Assembly (NCBI GenBank): GCA_039096225.1
Contig: JBBPEB010000004.1
Span: 372,001-436,000, forward strand
Length of the DNA stretch: 64,000 bases
Reading direction: 5' to 3'
Source: Blastocystis sp. Blastoise
Taxonomy: Eukaryota > Protista > Bigyra: Opalinata
In this document: piece after piece, positions 1 through 22,497 of the stretch
How positions within the stretch are numbered: the first letter of the stretch is position 1
Layout: every line of letters begins with the position of its first letter
The notes under the pieces: model-generated
The model's database searches: none
Seen by the model: only the letters and a program-made list of their open reading frames with translations
What the model was told of the DNA's origin: nothing
Position numbers and translations under genes: made by a program

Positions 1-1283
1 AGTAGTTTTAAATAAATGTATATATATATATGAAAAAATAATGATGAAAAAATAATGATGAAAAAAATAAAAATAATAAAAAAAAAAAAACATATCAATA
101 TAAAATTAAAATAATATATAAATATATACCATTTTCATGATCATTTGTAGATACATTTTTCGCAATAATATCACCTTGAAGACTAATAAGAATGGAATCA
201 TATGCTTCTCTATTTAATCGTCCATTAATAAATGTATCTGTTAATCCAATAATAGCCATCCATAGCATTTCATTCGTATCATAACTTATTTGACGAGATA
301 AAGAATAAAACTATATATATATTTATATACAGAATACTAAATATTATTATTATTATATTCATAAACCATATTTATTTTCAAAAAATATACATAATTATCT
401 TATTAATAAATGCATAAAAATAAATATATCTACATAAATGCATAGAAATAAATATTCATATGAATAATAACTATATATATACAGTTGGAGCAATTGGATA
501 GGCATAATAAGAATACTCATAATAATGATCAATATCTCGTTTCTTCTTTAATGATTTTCCTTTTTCTGTTTGATGTTTACGTTTAGTTTGATGTGTACTT
601 GCGTTTTCATCATGTTCTTCTCCATCATCATCATATTCTTCTTCCTCATCTTCTTCATCTTGACCATCATCTTCATCATCTGAATGTTGTTCTAATAATT
701 CTTGTTGCTCATCAGTTAATAATTCAGGAACATCATCCAAAAGAATAGAACCATCATTTATTACTATAATCTATAAAAATTTCATTCATTTAAAAAAAAA
801 TCACCCATTTTAAAAAATTATATATACTTGTTTTGGGGATCTTATATTTTCAATACTGATAGGTCTATGTGAGTCAATTACATAACATATAGTATCTTCA
901 GATAACGTAAGAACAGAACTTAAATCGACAGAACCACCACAATTAAGAAAAATAACAGATCGAAGCTATAGAAATATATATATTTTATAAGTTCAATCAA
1001 TATATACATCCATATTATCTTTAATAATAGTATCATTGGCATGTTTTATATCTTCATAACCCATTACTTGTTTGATTTTATATGCAATATTATCTACTCT
1101 TAATAATGACTATAGAAATACAGTTTATAGAACCATTAAAAGATCAAATACAGTTAATATTCTACAAGCACACAAAGAATCACACACAGAAGAGACAAAA
1201 ATGAGAATAGAAGAGTCAGAATTCAATCCATTTTTTATGATCTTTGTATAATATGTTGAAAACCTATTTGAATCAATCAGCAT
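1..1283 (-). CDS. CDC45: DNA replication initiation factor CDC45, multi-exon, 3' end runs off the window
   Basis: Spliced translation from ATG 1283: MLIDSNRF...ILIFVSSVCDSLCACRILT|SLLKSDNIAYKIKQV...VIFLNCGGSVDL...CYVIDSHRPI (DHH-like motif), acidic loop, then NEMLWMAIIGLTD. All introns GT-AG. Confidence 0.93.
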
Positions 1284-1504
1284 GCTTCTTCTAATACGCT
1301 TATAATGAAATCACTTTTTTGATTCTAAAGTTGCCAAAGTATTAGGGCGGGCTTTTTATAAAAATTTTTGTATTTTGATAATTGTTTTTATAGTCATTTT
1401 ATAATAATAAACATGATTCCTATTTATTCTTATTTTTTGAAAAATTATCGTGGAAATTCAATAGAATAATAATGAATTGATTTTGAATTATTATTTCAAT
1501 AGAT

Positions 1505-2236
1505 ATGGGTATTTAAGTATATGTATAGGATTATATTAACTATGATCTAGGTGCTTTTGATAAAATTCGTAAAAGAAAGAGAAATCCAAATGCAGGTGTC
1601 GTTACTAACAACGATTCCTCTGATGAGGACAGTAATGTTGTACTCCCTGAACCAAAAAAAGTTAAAGTATGCTAATTATTTTTTATTTTGATTTGCTTGA
1701 ATTTTATGTTTTTCATCAAAATATAGAAAGAAGTTGTATCTGAAACAAAGACGATTAAAGTAAACGAAGATCTGTATGTGGGATAATTTTTATTTATTGA
1801 ATGAAATCATGTTAATACTAATTTTTAATTATATATATTTTTTACATGTTTTATTTTTTTATATGTTTTATTTTTATAGTGCTGTCAAGTCAAATTTAAA
1901 TTCAGAACCTACTCGAAATGCAGGAGATATCACAGCGATTAAGGATGATAATACTGCTTTAGATAGGTATATCTTTTTCTATTTATTAATAAAATTGAGT
2001 TGTATATATATATTTATAGAGATGCTCGTGCATTAGCAGAAAAAGCTCTTCAAATGAATCAAGAAGAAAATAAAGATGTATTTATTAGTATTATATTTGT
2101 GTTTATTATAGTATTTTATATTATATATATATAGGGTAAAGAAGTCTATAGAGGTAGTAATAATTATCATCAATATATACCTAAAACAATGGATCAAATT
2201 CGTGCTAATAAATTCACAGGAACACAAGTATTTATA

Positions 2237-2275
<39 letters not shown>

Positions 2276-2914
2276 GGGTCCTATAAGAGCTCCTGCACAT
2301 ATTAATATCTCAAATCGTTTTGATTATGAACCATGTATATATATATATATATATAATATTATTATTATTATTATTATTATTATAATAAAATAATTTATAA
2401 TATTATGATATTCTATATAGGTATCTGTAAGGATTATAAAGAGACTGGTTATTGTTCATTTGGAGACAGTTGCATCTTTTTACATGATCGATCAGATTAT
2501 AAATCAGGGTGGGAAATTGAGAGAGATTATCAGGAAGAAGAACGTAAGAAACGAGAGGCGCTTGAAAAAGGAGAAGAATATAACCCCTCGGATGATGATA
2601 ATAAATATATTATTGAATCCTCTTCTGATGATGATGAAGATGGAGATAATTTACCATTTGCTTGTTATATGTGTAAAAAAGAATTTGTGAAACCAGTTGT
2701 TACCAATTGTCATCATTATTTCTGTCAGAAATGTGCCTTAGATTATTATAAGAAATCCACAAAATGTGCATGTTGCGGTGCTCAAACGAGTGGTTGTTTT
2801 AATAAAGCAAAAAATATAGAAGCAAAATTAAAAGAGAAACATGAACGACAATTATCAAAGAATAATAATAATAATAGTGAAAGTGACAGTGATGATCATG
2901 AAACTAGTGAATAA
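1505..2914 (+). CDS. CWC24: Pre-mRNA splicing factor Cwc24/RNF113A (CCCH zinc finger plus RING)
   Basis: [53 protein letters not shown], and RING LPFACYMC...TNCHHYFCQKC...KCACC. First coding exon is probably the 4-nt ATGG at 1505-1508. Confidence 0.93.
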
Positions 2915-3757
2915 AACCAAATATATATATATATATTTTTATTATGTTAATATATCAAGTAATTGTTTTTTTTTTTTGGATAGTTTTCTATTTGCTTATT
3001 ATTATTTGTTTTTAATTTGAAACATTTATTTATATATACTATAAAAACAAAACACATTGAATAAGTAACATTATAAAAGAAAATATTCTATGTTATCGAT
3101 ATATAAAATGGAATAAGACTAATAAATATTTTAAAAATATGTTGCATACACAAGGAGAGAAAGAACATAAATAAGTGGACAAAAAAATTTTACAATATAT
3201 ACATATATTCAATAAGAAATGTTTAATAAAAATTCAAATTCTAGATAAATATTTATGGACAATTATTTATAAATGTAGATAAATAATATTACACAGAATC
3301 GAATAAAAGAGAATTCCCCAAAATATTATTGATAAAAATAATTATATTACTCTTTAAATAAGCAATATATACATATTGATTATTTATAATAAAAACAATA
3401 TATTGTCATATAATTTAAAAAAAAACAATATATTCATGATATATAATCAAATAAAAATTTTAAAAAATTGTTATAACAAATAAAAAAAAACAAGAAATAA
3501 GAAAAAAGCATAAATCTAATTGAGAAAAAAGACAAGATTACAAATCATTTGAAAAGAAAATGAAAAAGAAAATGAAAAAAAACATGTACATAAAAAAACT
3601 CCATGATAAAATAAGAAAATTATAAATAAATAAAAAAAAAAGAATAGAAAACATAAATAAAATAAAAGATTATATAAATATATATATATATATACATAAG
3701 AATAATGAGAATAAAAAATATAATGATATGAAAGCAAAGAGAAGAAATAATATAAAT

Positions 3758-3798
<41 letters not shown>

Positions 3799-4102
3799 TG
3801 AAGAAATAAATATATATAATAAAAATATTATGAATATATAATGAAAATATAAAAGGAAGATAGGGAGAACTACATATGTAGTATACATATAATAAATATA
3901 TATAAAGGATGAAAATGAAACATTATTAATATATTTTTAGGGTATATTAAATAAATGAAAAGGATATATTATAATAAAGGAATTCTGAATTGTTAAATAA
4001 AAATATATATATTATTATTAATATATATTAAAAAATTAAATATTATATAGTAAATAAAAACAAAGCAATATAATAATGAATATAAAAATATATGAATACC
4101 AA

Positions 4103-5996
4103 TTAATAGAATTTTCTTAATAATTGAATTCTATAATATTGAGATTGTCTGAAAAGAATGGTTTCTTCATATTTTTTTACTTCACGAAAACGGATTTTTG
4201 CCGATTCATATTCTAAAGAAATATTTATGGATAATAAATATATTAATAAAAACAAATATTATAAATATTATAAATATATATCAATATATATCAATATATA
4301 ATCAATATATATCAATATAATAAATATAATAAATAAATATATACGTTGTTTATTATCATAAGGTGATTTAATAAAAAGAATAATAATAATAGCTTGAATC
4401 AAATAAGAGAGAGGTAGAATTGCATAGACAACAAGCATAGCAATATATATAATTTTATATTTAGAGCATAGTTGAGAATTAGCATAAGTATAGCATGAAG
4501 AATAAAGAGTAGAATATAAATCTTTATGTTTCATATAAAATAATTTTTCTGAACAGATAAAGAGAACAAACAGAAGAATAGTGGTGTATATTTATTAAAG
4601 AAACTATAAAAATAAATTATATATATATATATATAAGCTCACATAATTATTTATAGAGTATTCTTATATGAATATAATATATATATAAATAATATATAAT
4701 ATGAATCTATAAGGATATTATAAAAGGAATCAATCGATGAATGTGAATCATTTGAACGAGTGTTATATACTCATATATAGTAAATAAAAAGAATAAAAAG
4801 ATTCCCATAGAAGATAATGAAGTATAAAAGATTAAATAATGGATCTATAAAAATATTATTATCATTTTATTACATGTAAAATTAAACAAAGGATAATATA
4901 AGTATATATAGAATAATAATTAATAAAAATATTTACAAGGACAAAAATAAGACATAACTGATAAAAGTCAATGATTTTATTCATATATCGATAAGTTTTA
5001 TATTCACTGAATTGATTTGGACCAAGTTTACTCAATAATAACTATTATAGTATAGTATAGAATATATATATATATAAATTATTAAGTATTAAATATTAAA
5101 CTATATATACGTCATTAACTTTCCTATATATATATATATATTAATAATAAAAAAATATTAAATATAGATCATTCAATTAATAATAAATAAAATATTAATA
5201 ATAAATAAAATAATAAATAATAATAAAAAAATAAGCAAATATATATACATATGTATATTATTTTCATCGATAGTAATATAATTACCCATCTTAATAGATC
5301 CATCATCATTATATTCTAAATCTATTTCATTTCTATTTAAACTATCATTCACTATTAATGAATCCATTGCCTCTATATCATCATCACTATATATTTATTT
5401 AGAAATATTCTATAATACTCATAATATTATTAAAAAACGTACATATTTCTTAAATGTATATCTCTTGGACCTCTATATAACATATAATATTATAATTTCT
5501 ATATTTTAAATATGATTATATTTCAATATACTCAAAGGAACGCTTTGCTTGAGTACCCAATGTGTCATTCAACGAGTCTGTAGATCCACTAAATATATTG
5601 TTCATATATAAATATTTACTCTTATACTTAATAGTCATAAATAAGTAAAGAATTACAATGTATAGACAAGATGAAAAGAAAAACATAAATAAATACAGCT
5701 GAGTGATGACTAAAGAAGGCTTAAAAGGTGTTTTTTCATTGATATTAATTGTAGACATCAGAAAATAGTTTAATAAAAAAAGCAATAACCGTAAAACAAT
5801 AATGATTGGCAAATAAAGATTCCTTATAGCCTATATAAATAGTATATTTAGATGCAAAATATGAAATTCAGATAAGTTCAATAAATACTTTATTTATGAA
5901 GACAAGAAACAACCTAGTCTTATAAAAAATAAAAAAATCCATGAAAAGAAGAGTCGTATCATGAAAATTTGTAAATGCTAAAGCGAAATTATACAT
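4103..5996 (-). CDS. Hypothetical multi-pass membrane protein, multi-exon
   Basis: Chain of hydrophobic exons joined by GT-AG introns and one AT-AC intron (4586-4718). No family recognised; ends are approximate. Confidence 0.5.
4586..4718 (-). other. U12-type AT-AC intron
   Basis: 5' ATATCCTT, branch-like TTTCTTTAAT, 3' end ATAC. Removal keeps frame (LIPFI|TTILL); the GT-AG alternative runs into a stop. Confidence 0.72.
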
Positions 5997-6704
5997 ATTC
6001 TAATGGAAATACAAAACATATGTTTTTATGTGTGTTTTTAATGTATTATTTATGAGTTTCTACAAATGAACTCAAGTAATAGATTCTTCATATGAAAGAG
6101 AACTTTATGAGTAATATCTAATTTATGGTAACAATGAAAATTTAAAGATTTATTATTTATTGTTGATATATTGTTTTATTTCAGTACAATAAAGAACATA
6201 TAATACACTAAAATTATGAATATTTAATAAAATAGAGATATCATTCAAAACTGATTGTTATAAACATTTACAATTCATATTATTTAGAAAGATATATATG
6301 TTATTAGAACAAAAAGATTCGATGAAACAATAAAAGGGGTCTATGAACAGTTTAATAAAGAAAAAATACTTTACAAATACTTTCTCTTTATATATTCTAA
6401 TATCACAGTTATTGCGTCTATCATAATTCTAGCAAGTCAATCCCACTCCTTTATATTACATTCACATAAATTAGAATAAAACACATTAGTGTGATTCACT
6501 ATCATTTTTTCTTCTATTGTGATTACATCCATAATATAATTAACTCACAACAAGTCTTTATTATATTATCAAACTATTACAAATACAAAATCCAATTTTT
6601 CAAAATATCACAAACAAAATAAAAAACTTCGTTTCATTTTTCTCTTCATTTTTTTGTTTGAATAGTAAAAATGCTTCAATTAATTTATGTAATTAGTTCT
6701 TAAT

Positions 6705-8223
6705 ATGAACGCTAATGATTGGGTTAATATTGCATCATTCGTTATATGTTTTATTATATTTGTGATCATGGATGTGATGATCATGAAATACTTTCAATCA
6801 ACTTATGAAGAAGGGAAAATATCTATTGGATATAAAGTCATTGTTGTATGATATAAATTAATAATATTAAACTCATTTTTATTAGTTATTTGGTATGATT
6901 ATTATTGAATTACTTGTTTTTCTTCTTCCATTTGATGCAGAGAATGGTGAAGGTGAAGTTGGATGCAATGTATATTTTTATATTAATCATAGAAATCATT
7001 GAATATATTCATTTAATCTATACTAGATCTTTAATATTAAATGTGGTGGTTTCCATTTATCAACTGTTTGGTTTATCATTTATTGCTTATCTTTTCTTAT
7101 GGTCACTATTGTTCTTCCATTCACTATATTCTATTACGAAAGTAATGACAGTATGGGATATCTTTAATAAATATTATTGTTTTTCATTATATATAATACT
7201 TATACTTTTTCTTATTTATTTATTCATATATATATTCCTTAAACCTTTATACAATGACATTATATGTAAAACGATTATTTTCTTCTTTTATATTTACTAT
7301 AATTTCTGTTGGTATTTGGGGAGTAATAATTGCTATTATATGGGTATTTTTAAAAGAAGGATCTATTTCTGTTTCTGAATATCAAAATTTAATTATTGAA
7401 AATTCTATACAAGGTAATTCTATTAGTACTCTTAGTGGTCTGTTTATATTGATATTTATTATAATGTTTATATATATATTTGTTTTATAAGTAACTGAAT
7501 TGTTAATATAGATAAAAGAGTTGTTTAACATTTTTTGTTGATTATTATTATTATTATATATATATAGATACTGTGTCTGCATCACTTGATTATTCATGTG
7601 ATGGTTCAACCTCATGTATTCATTCACAAGGTTATATACACTATGATGTATATATACATATATATAAAATAATAACTAATAAAAATATTAAAAAAAAGAA
7701 TTGTTAACTATTTTTTCCATATATATATATAGAGTTCTGTTTATTTGATCTCATTAGGAGTATTTACTATAGTAGGATGGATATTATTGGTTATATATGG
7801 AGGAATTGGAATAGTATTACTGCCTTGCATGTGTGTTAAGTATATATACTATATTAGTTTTATATGTATATATATATTATGATTATGAAATAAGATATTA
7901 TTGTCACAAATAATTCTGATAATATATATATATATATAGTCAGTATATACATCGTCCAAGAGCTATATCAATAGATGAATATAAAAAGAAGAATCAAGAA
8001 TATTCATTAAGAATAAATGAGATGAAAACTATTTGTTTATTTATGAAAGATATTTGTATGTATATAACATATATATATATAGAATTAATAAGAAACCCAT
8101 GTATATATAGTAGTTGTTCTACCTAAATCAAATATAACAAATAAAGTGAAATATAAAATAAAATCACAGTTAAATCAATTAAAAAAAAGATATCAATATA
8201 TTTGTGTATATAAACTGTTGTTC

Positions 8224-8301
<78 letters not shown>

Positions 8302-9920
8302 TAAAAACATAAAGTATATAATAGAATATTCCTTATATTCTATATATAGATATGATTTAGAAAAGAAGGTTACTACTCTACAAGAGAGTTATATATATAA
8401 GCAATCTATTAATGTTATGAAACCTATTCTCTATTTAATCGCGGGAATTGTATCGTATATATAATGTTTATATATGAATACTTTTATGTGTTATTTCTTA
8501 TTAGAATTTTCTTTTTATATAATATATTTATTTATATAATAATATATATAATCTATAGGATATGTCTTTCTTTGCTTCTCTATATACATATGGGTCTTTA
8601 TACAATTCCATTATATTTTAATAAAACACCTCTATCTCTCTTCTTAAACTCACTTTTCATCTTCTTCTCTGACTATGTACCTTTTCTAGCTACATTCTCT
8701 GTATCTTTATATATATAATATATTATTATATTATTATATTATTATATTATATTATTATTATTATTATATTATATTATTAATATATACTTATTATATACTT
8801 ATTTATCATTATATAATATCATATAAAGAATTACGTAATATATATAGGTGTGTATCTTAATAGGATATTTATTATTATGCACTATTACTGGCATTTTCCA
8901 ATTTGGACTCAAATTTACATTTGTTAGTGTATCTACTATAAATATATATTATTTTTTATCTATATATAATTATTATTATATGTATATTCTTTTTTATCTA
9001 TATATAATTATTATTATATGTATATTCTTTTTTATCTATATATAATGATTAATATATATAAAGATCCATGAAATGAGAAAAGGAGATACATTAATGAATT
9101 CATTTCTATTTAATGAAATGTATATACTATATACTATATACTATATACTATATACTATATACTATATATATTGAATCCATAATAAATATATATATTTTCA
9201 CAATTATGATGTATAATGAATATATTATGAAATAATATAACTATATAGATTAATCTTATTAGTGTCTCCAGCAATTATTCATTTTTCAATAATTAATTAT
9301 CAAGTTTATTTCCATAATTCATCAATAATAACATTATTTTCTACTTTATCTTCCTTAAATATATTAGGATATATATTTAAATATAGTTATTGTATTTGGG
9401 GAATGATTATTGTCACTATTCTTACAATTATCTCTATAGTATATATAAATAGTATCTTACACTTATAATACAATATTACTATTATATATAATATAATCTA
9501 ATAAATATTATATATATAATATAATTTAATAAATAAAAATTAATATAATATAATATAATCTATATATATATAAAATTTAGTAAATATAAAAAAATATAAT
9601 ATATATATACATATATAATCTAATCAATATACATATAGTCATTATCACCATTAATAAAGATGATAAAACGTATAAGGAATCAACAAAAAGAAGTAGAAAG
9701 AGAAAGAATGAGAGTAATTAATGAACGATTGAGTTGGTTTGCTCGTTGGAAAAAGAAGAGAAATAGTCAGAAACAACCTAAATTAAGTGAATATATGAAG
9801 ATCAAAGAGAATTATCGAAAATGTTTGGCTTATACACGATCTCAAGGAGTTATTCCTGAATCAAAACGTATTTATAAACAAGTTCCAGATGAAGAAGATA
9901 TTCTTGTTATCAATATATAA
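6705..9920 (+). CDS. LMBR1-like integral membrane protein
   Basis: Motifs LLVFLLPFDAENGEGEVGC, LPFTIFYYES, VGWILLVIYGGIGIVLLP, IHEMRKGDTLMNSFLFNE typical of LMBR1-domain proteins. Many introns, including U12 AT-AC intron 7158-7252. Confidence 0.85.
7158..7252 (+). other. U12-type (minor spliceosome) AT-AC intron
   Basis: 5' ATATCTTT, branch TTCCTTAAA at 7235-7243, 3' end TATAC. Removal joins ...DSMG to MTLYVKR in frame. Confidence 0.85.
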
Positions 9921-10799
9921 TTCTATTGGTTTTACTCTTCTTGTTGTCAACAAGAAATATTTATATTTATTTAAATTTTACTATTCTATTTTTTTATTCA
10001 ATGTGCTTATTTAGATATATTATTTATTGTTATTTAGTTTTTTATATCTTGTTCAAGTATTGTTATTTGATATATTAAAAAACATGTTTTTAATTCAAAG
10101 GAAAAAAATAAATTTTATATATATGAATCATTAATTATATATAGAAAAAAATCTATTGTAAAAGCCATATATATTTCAAAATAAATCTGTAAAGAAATAC
10201 TTATAGCTTCTGTAAATTCATATGAAACTATTTTAAAGTGTTGTTAACAAGAATATGAAATGCTAATTAAGAATATATGTTCACCATATACGTTAACTAA
10301 TAAATAATTTCAGAATAAAGGCCAGAACTATGCTCTTAATACCTTAAAACTTCTATAGTTCAATTATTAGAAACAGAAAGGTAGAAATTGAGACATCAAA
10401 GATATTTTTTATTTCCTTTTTGAGATCTACATATGAATCTATTTTACTACTATACCAATCCTTTCAACAAAACATAAAGTTTCATATAAAAAGAATAATA
10501 AATCACCTTATTGAATAAAAAACAATGATTCCTAGGTCTTCTTTCTTTTCTGTTGTATACCAGAATCATTAAACAATGAATAAACTATTATCAAAGATCT
10601 AACTAAATAATTAATAAAGATAATGTATAAAATAACATTTGACACAATATCAAAATAAAATTGGTGAAAAAAAGATAAAACCGCGGTTTGTCTCGCTTAC
10701 GACGCGATATAATCATATTCAGTAATGGTTCTCGAAAAATTCCCCTAAAAAAAGAAAGAAAATATTTTTTTATATATTTCTTCAATTCTATCAATCACC

Positions 10800-11433
10800 A
10801 TGGAAGCTATGGATACTATGAATGTAAGAAAAGATATATCATATATGTTAATTATTGAAAACTGTATAGATTCCTGATCTTGCTACTCTTGCAATGGATA
10901 AACAAAGACCTGCTCAAAATAAATTAAAGAATCCTGGTCAATATGATTTCTTAAATAATGCTATTGCTGGATTAACTAATATGGAGTTAGATGGTATCAG
11001 CGTTGAATTGACCAAAAGTCCTAGTTCAAATTTCACACTTCAAGCAAGTTATTTTTATATTTTACAAGATCAATGGATTGATCGTTCTTGTTTTTATAAG
11101 TAAAATAAAGTAAGTTTTTACTATTCATTTATGTATCTAGTTATTTATATGGTCAAAGTATGTTTCCTGTTGAAATGGGAAGTTCTATGGGTAGAGTCAT
11201 GGCTGTTTGTCAAAAGAATATTTGGAAAGATATGCCTTTAACTATCAATTGCTTTGTTGATACGATGCACAAAGTAACTGCTAGTGGTACTCTTTCTATT
11301 AATAAGAAATGGGATGCTAAAGCTGATGTTATGATTGATCAAGAATATAATAGTCGTCTCTCTGCTGAAGCCAATTATAAAGGATCCGTATGTTATTATT
11401 ATCATTATGCTTATATTTATAATTCTTATTCTC

Positions 11434-11471
<38 letters not shown>

Positions 11472-11883
11472 GAATTATACTGTTACTAGTAATATTTCTA
11501 ATGAGGGCATTCTTGGAACAAAAGCACTTGTACAATGTACAGATAATCTTATTCTTGGAGGTATATATATATATATTTATATTTATGTTTATGTTTATAT
11601 TTATGTTTATTCTTATAATTATATGTTTATATTTATATTATTATCTATATATATATATGTTTCTATATATATATTATTCTATAGGTGGTATGAATTGGGT
11701 ATTTGGTTATAATACTTATTTTGTTGATTGGATTGCTCAATATAAATATAAACGTCTTACTATGGGTGTTAAATATAATATGATGGAAGGCTTTAGTTCT
11801 CATTATATGATGGATCTATCGAATAGTTGTGCCGTTGGCGGTCAATATACACTCAATCTCCAAGATGGTAGTGCTTCTGTATA

Positions 11884-11918
<35 letters not shown>

Positions 11919-12271
11919 TTAATATTATTATATTTATTGTATTATATTAATAATAATAATGCAAATATATACTATATAATATGTATAGGCTGCTGCTGTA
12001 TATTCTTATATGTTTAATGGTGGTAGAGATCTCTTCAAGGCCATTCTCAATACTGAAGGAGTTGTCTATACTGCTATTGTATATATATAATAATAATAAT
12101 AATAAAAATAATAATAATTATAATAATTATAATAATTATAATAATAATACTATATATATATAGCAACGTACAATCTCACCTTCTATGCAAACTACCCTCA
12201 ATGCGTCAGCTAATCTTCTTAACAGTTCTGTTAAAGTAGGTTTATCTGCACGTATGGGCTTTGCTAATTAA
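10800..12271 (+). CDS. TOM40: Mitochondrial outer-membrane import channel Tom40-like beta-barrel
   Basis: N-terminal KNPGQYDFL and DGISVELTKSPSSNFTL match Tom40 NPG/GLR.D.TK motifs. Alternating beta-strand pattern throughout; C-terminal SVKVGLSARMG resembles a beta-signal. Confidence 0.72.
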
Positions 12272-12679
12272 GTTATATATATATAAGCATATATTGCTAT
12301 TTGAAACTATAGCAATGATATATTTTTGATTATCTACATTATTTAATTATCTATATTAATATATTTTTCTCTCTTTATAATTACTATTGAATTCTTATAC
12401 ATATCTGCCTTTTTCTATATTTATGGGGGAATATTTTTTATCGTAGACTTTTTTTCTTCTTTATTAATTCTATATTCTAGTATCTTGTTTTGCTATTATG
12501 TATATTTTAGCAAGTTATGCACAAAACCTATTTTTGTAAAAATAAAAAAGAAAAAAATTAATTATAAGAAAATAAAGTAAAAAAATATAAAAAAAATATC
12601 ATTATATTTATTTTTTAATTATTTCTTATATAAATCGTATTTAAAAGAAGTCAAATAGAAATACAAGTTTTTTATTATC

Positions 12680-16807
<4,128 letters not shown>

Positions 16808-17673
16808 AATACTATTATAAATATATTAATTAATCATTATTTTTCACTTTTTTTCAATAATCATTTGTTTTATTCATTATTTTTCATTGTAATTATTTAC
16901 ATTTCTACAAATATATTGTGTTCTTTAAAAAAATTGTTTTACATATAATAGAATAATATATATATAATTATTTCATAAATGATAATAGTCATTTTATGCA
17001 TTTAGAAATGAATATTACAGATTCTTTCCTTAGTAAAATAAAATATATATATATATATTTTTCATTTAATAATAGAGAGTTTTTCTTTCAACTTATTCAC
17101 TTAAAGAGACTAAAACAATTATCTATAAACTCCATAAATAAAAAAGAGGATGATAATCAACTTTCTTACTATCCAGAATAGACATAATGATAATCATTTC
17201 CAGCATACAACTATATTATTCAATATATAAATATTTTTTCAAAAGAAAGCACACCTAAATGACCTAAGAAGCAGTGATTGAATCTGATATAGATTGTTTT
17301 TCATTACAATATCCATTAAGTTCATTTATTTGCCTAATTATTTAATCTTCCTCAGAATATTTCAATTCTTAAAAATATTATGTACTAATTTAAAATATAG
17401 TATACTATTTAAGAACCTTAGAAAACATTGTTCAGTCATATACATCATAAAAAGCAATAAAAAACATATTTTATTTAAAAAAGAAACATATTGAAAACAC
17501 ACAACAGTCTGCTGTATTTTTCATTTTTCCCGTGATTTAAGAAGTGAAACACTTTTTCTGTCTTTATTATCATTCTTCGTTTGTTTGTTAATTCTATCAT
17601 TCTTATCTAGTTTTTAATTATAATTTTTATTTCAACATTTAGAGCACAAAGAATTGTTTGAAACTGAAACGAA

Positions 17674-21557
<3,884 letters not shown>

Positions 21558-22497
21558 ACAAATTTAAACTATTTATTTTTTAGATATATATAGGAAATAC
21601 TATATACTTTTTCTTTTCTTTTTTTTTAATTTTCTGTTCTCTGTTCTGTGAGTTGTAAATATACCTATTACAGTATTTTTAAACGAAATTTTTTTCATTC
21701 TTAGCTTTATTTTTTTTTATAACTCACGCTTCGATCTTAAATAGTTGTAATTGAATATAATTTTTATTAATAGAATCTTAAAAGTGATAATTGGGAGACT
21801 TTTAAAATATTGAACAGCATCATAATAATTCTTTCACATAAAATATATTTATAAAGTTATTTTCAAAAGAGTTCGATAATAATTGAAACTTATCTAGCAT
21901 AAACAAACATCATAAAGTCAATTACCGACAAATATGATGAGATTCATAGAGTTATTTTTGTTATAAAAAACCTAAAACAGTTTGAAACTTTCCTAACAAT
22001 TTACAAACCAATTAGGATATATATATAAACATCATTTCCACAAATTGGCTTGATTTTCTTGAATAATTTGTATCCTAGTATCTTTTAGCAATTCATGAAT
22101 TCTTAAATATTTAAGAATAACAATACAAGACATTTGAGTAAAATATTCTAAATTAATTTATATTTAAAAGAATGTTTCAATTCATTCATTCATCATTTTG
22201 AATAGTTCTGACACGATTATTTAAACTTATCAAGTCGTATTTGTTTATTTTTAACAATAAAATGAAATAAAAATTAAGAATAAAATATTTATGAAATAAT
22301 GAGAATTTGTGCTGATTTTCAATAGAATTCCACGGGAAAAGGAAAGTATTTCTTCATTTGTGGTGAAAGTTCGTCAAAGAAAGCAAATAGAGATTTACTT
22401 GTCTAATTAATCCATCATTTCGTTGATTCGGATAATTACTGAATAAATCAAAGAATAGTAATTATATTCACTTCTCTAAAATAAAAATCAATTCAAC

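Noticed and set aside
8160-8350. Frame mismatch across an LMBR1-like intron (possible AT-AG junction)
   Set aside because: One fewer A in the A8 run at 8181-8188 restores a normal GT-AG junction, so a homopolymer error is the simpler explanation.
8701-8847. GTATCTTT donor resembling a U12 GT-AG intron
   Set aside because: No TCCTTAA-like branch site near the acceptor.
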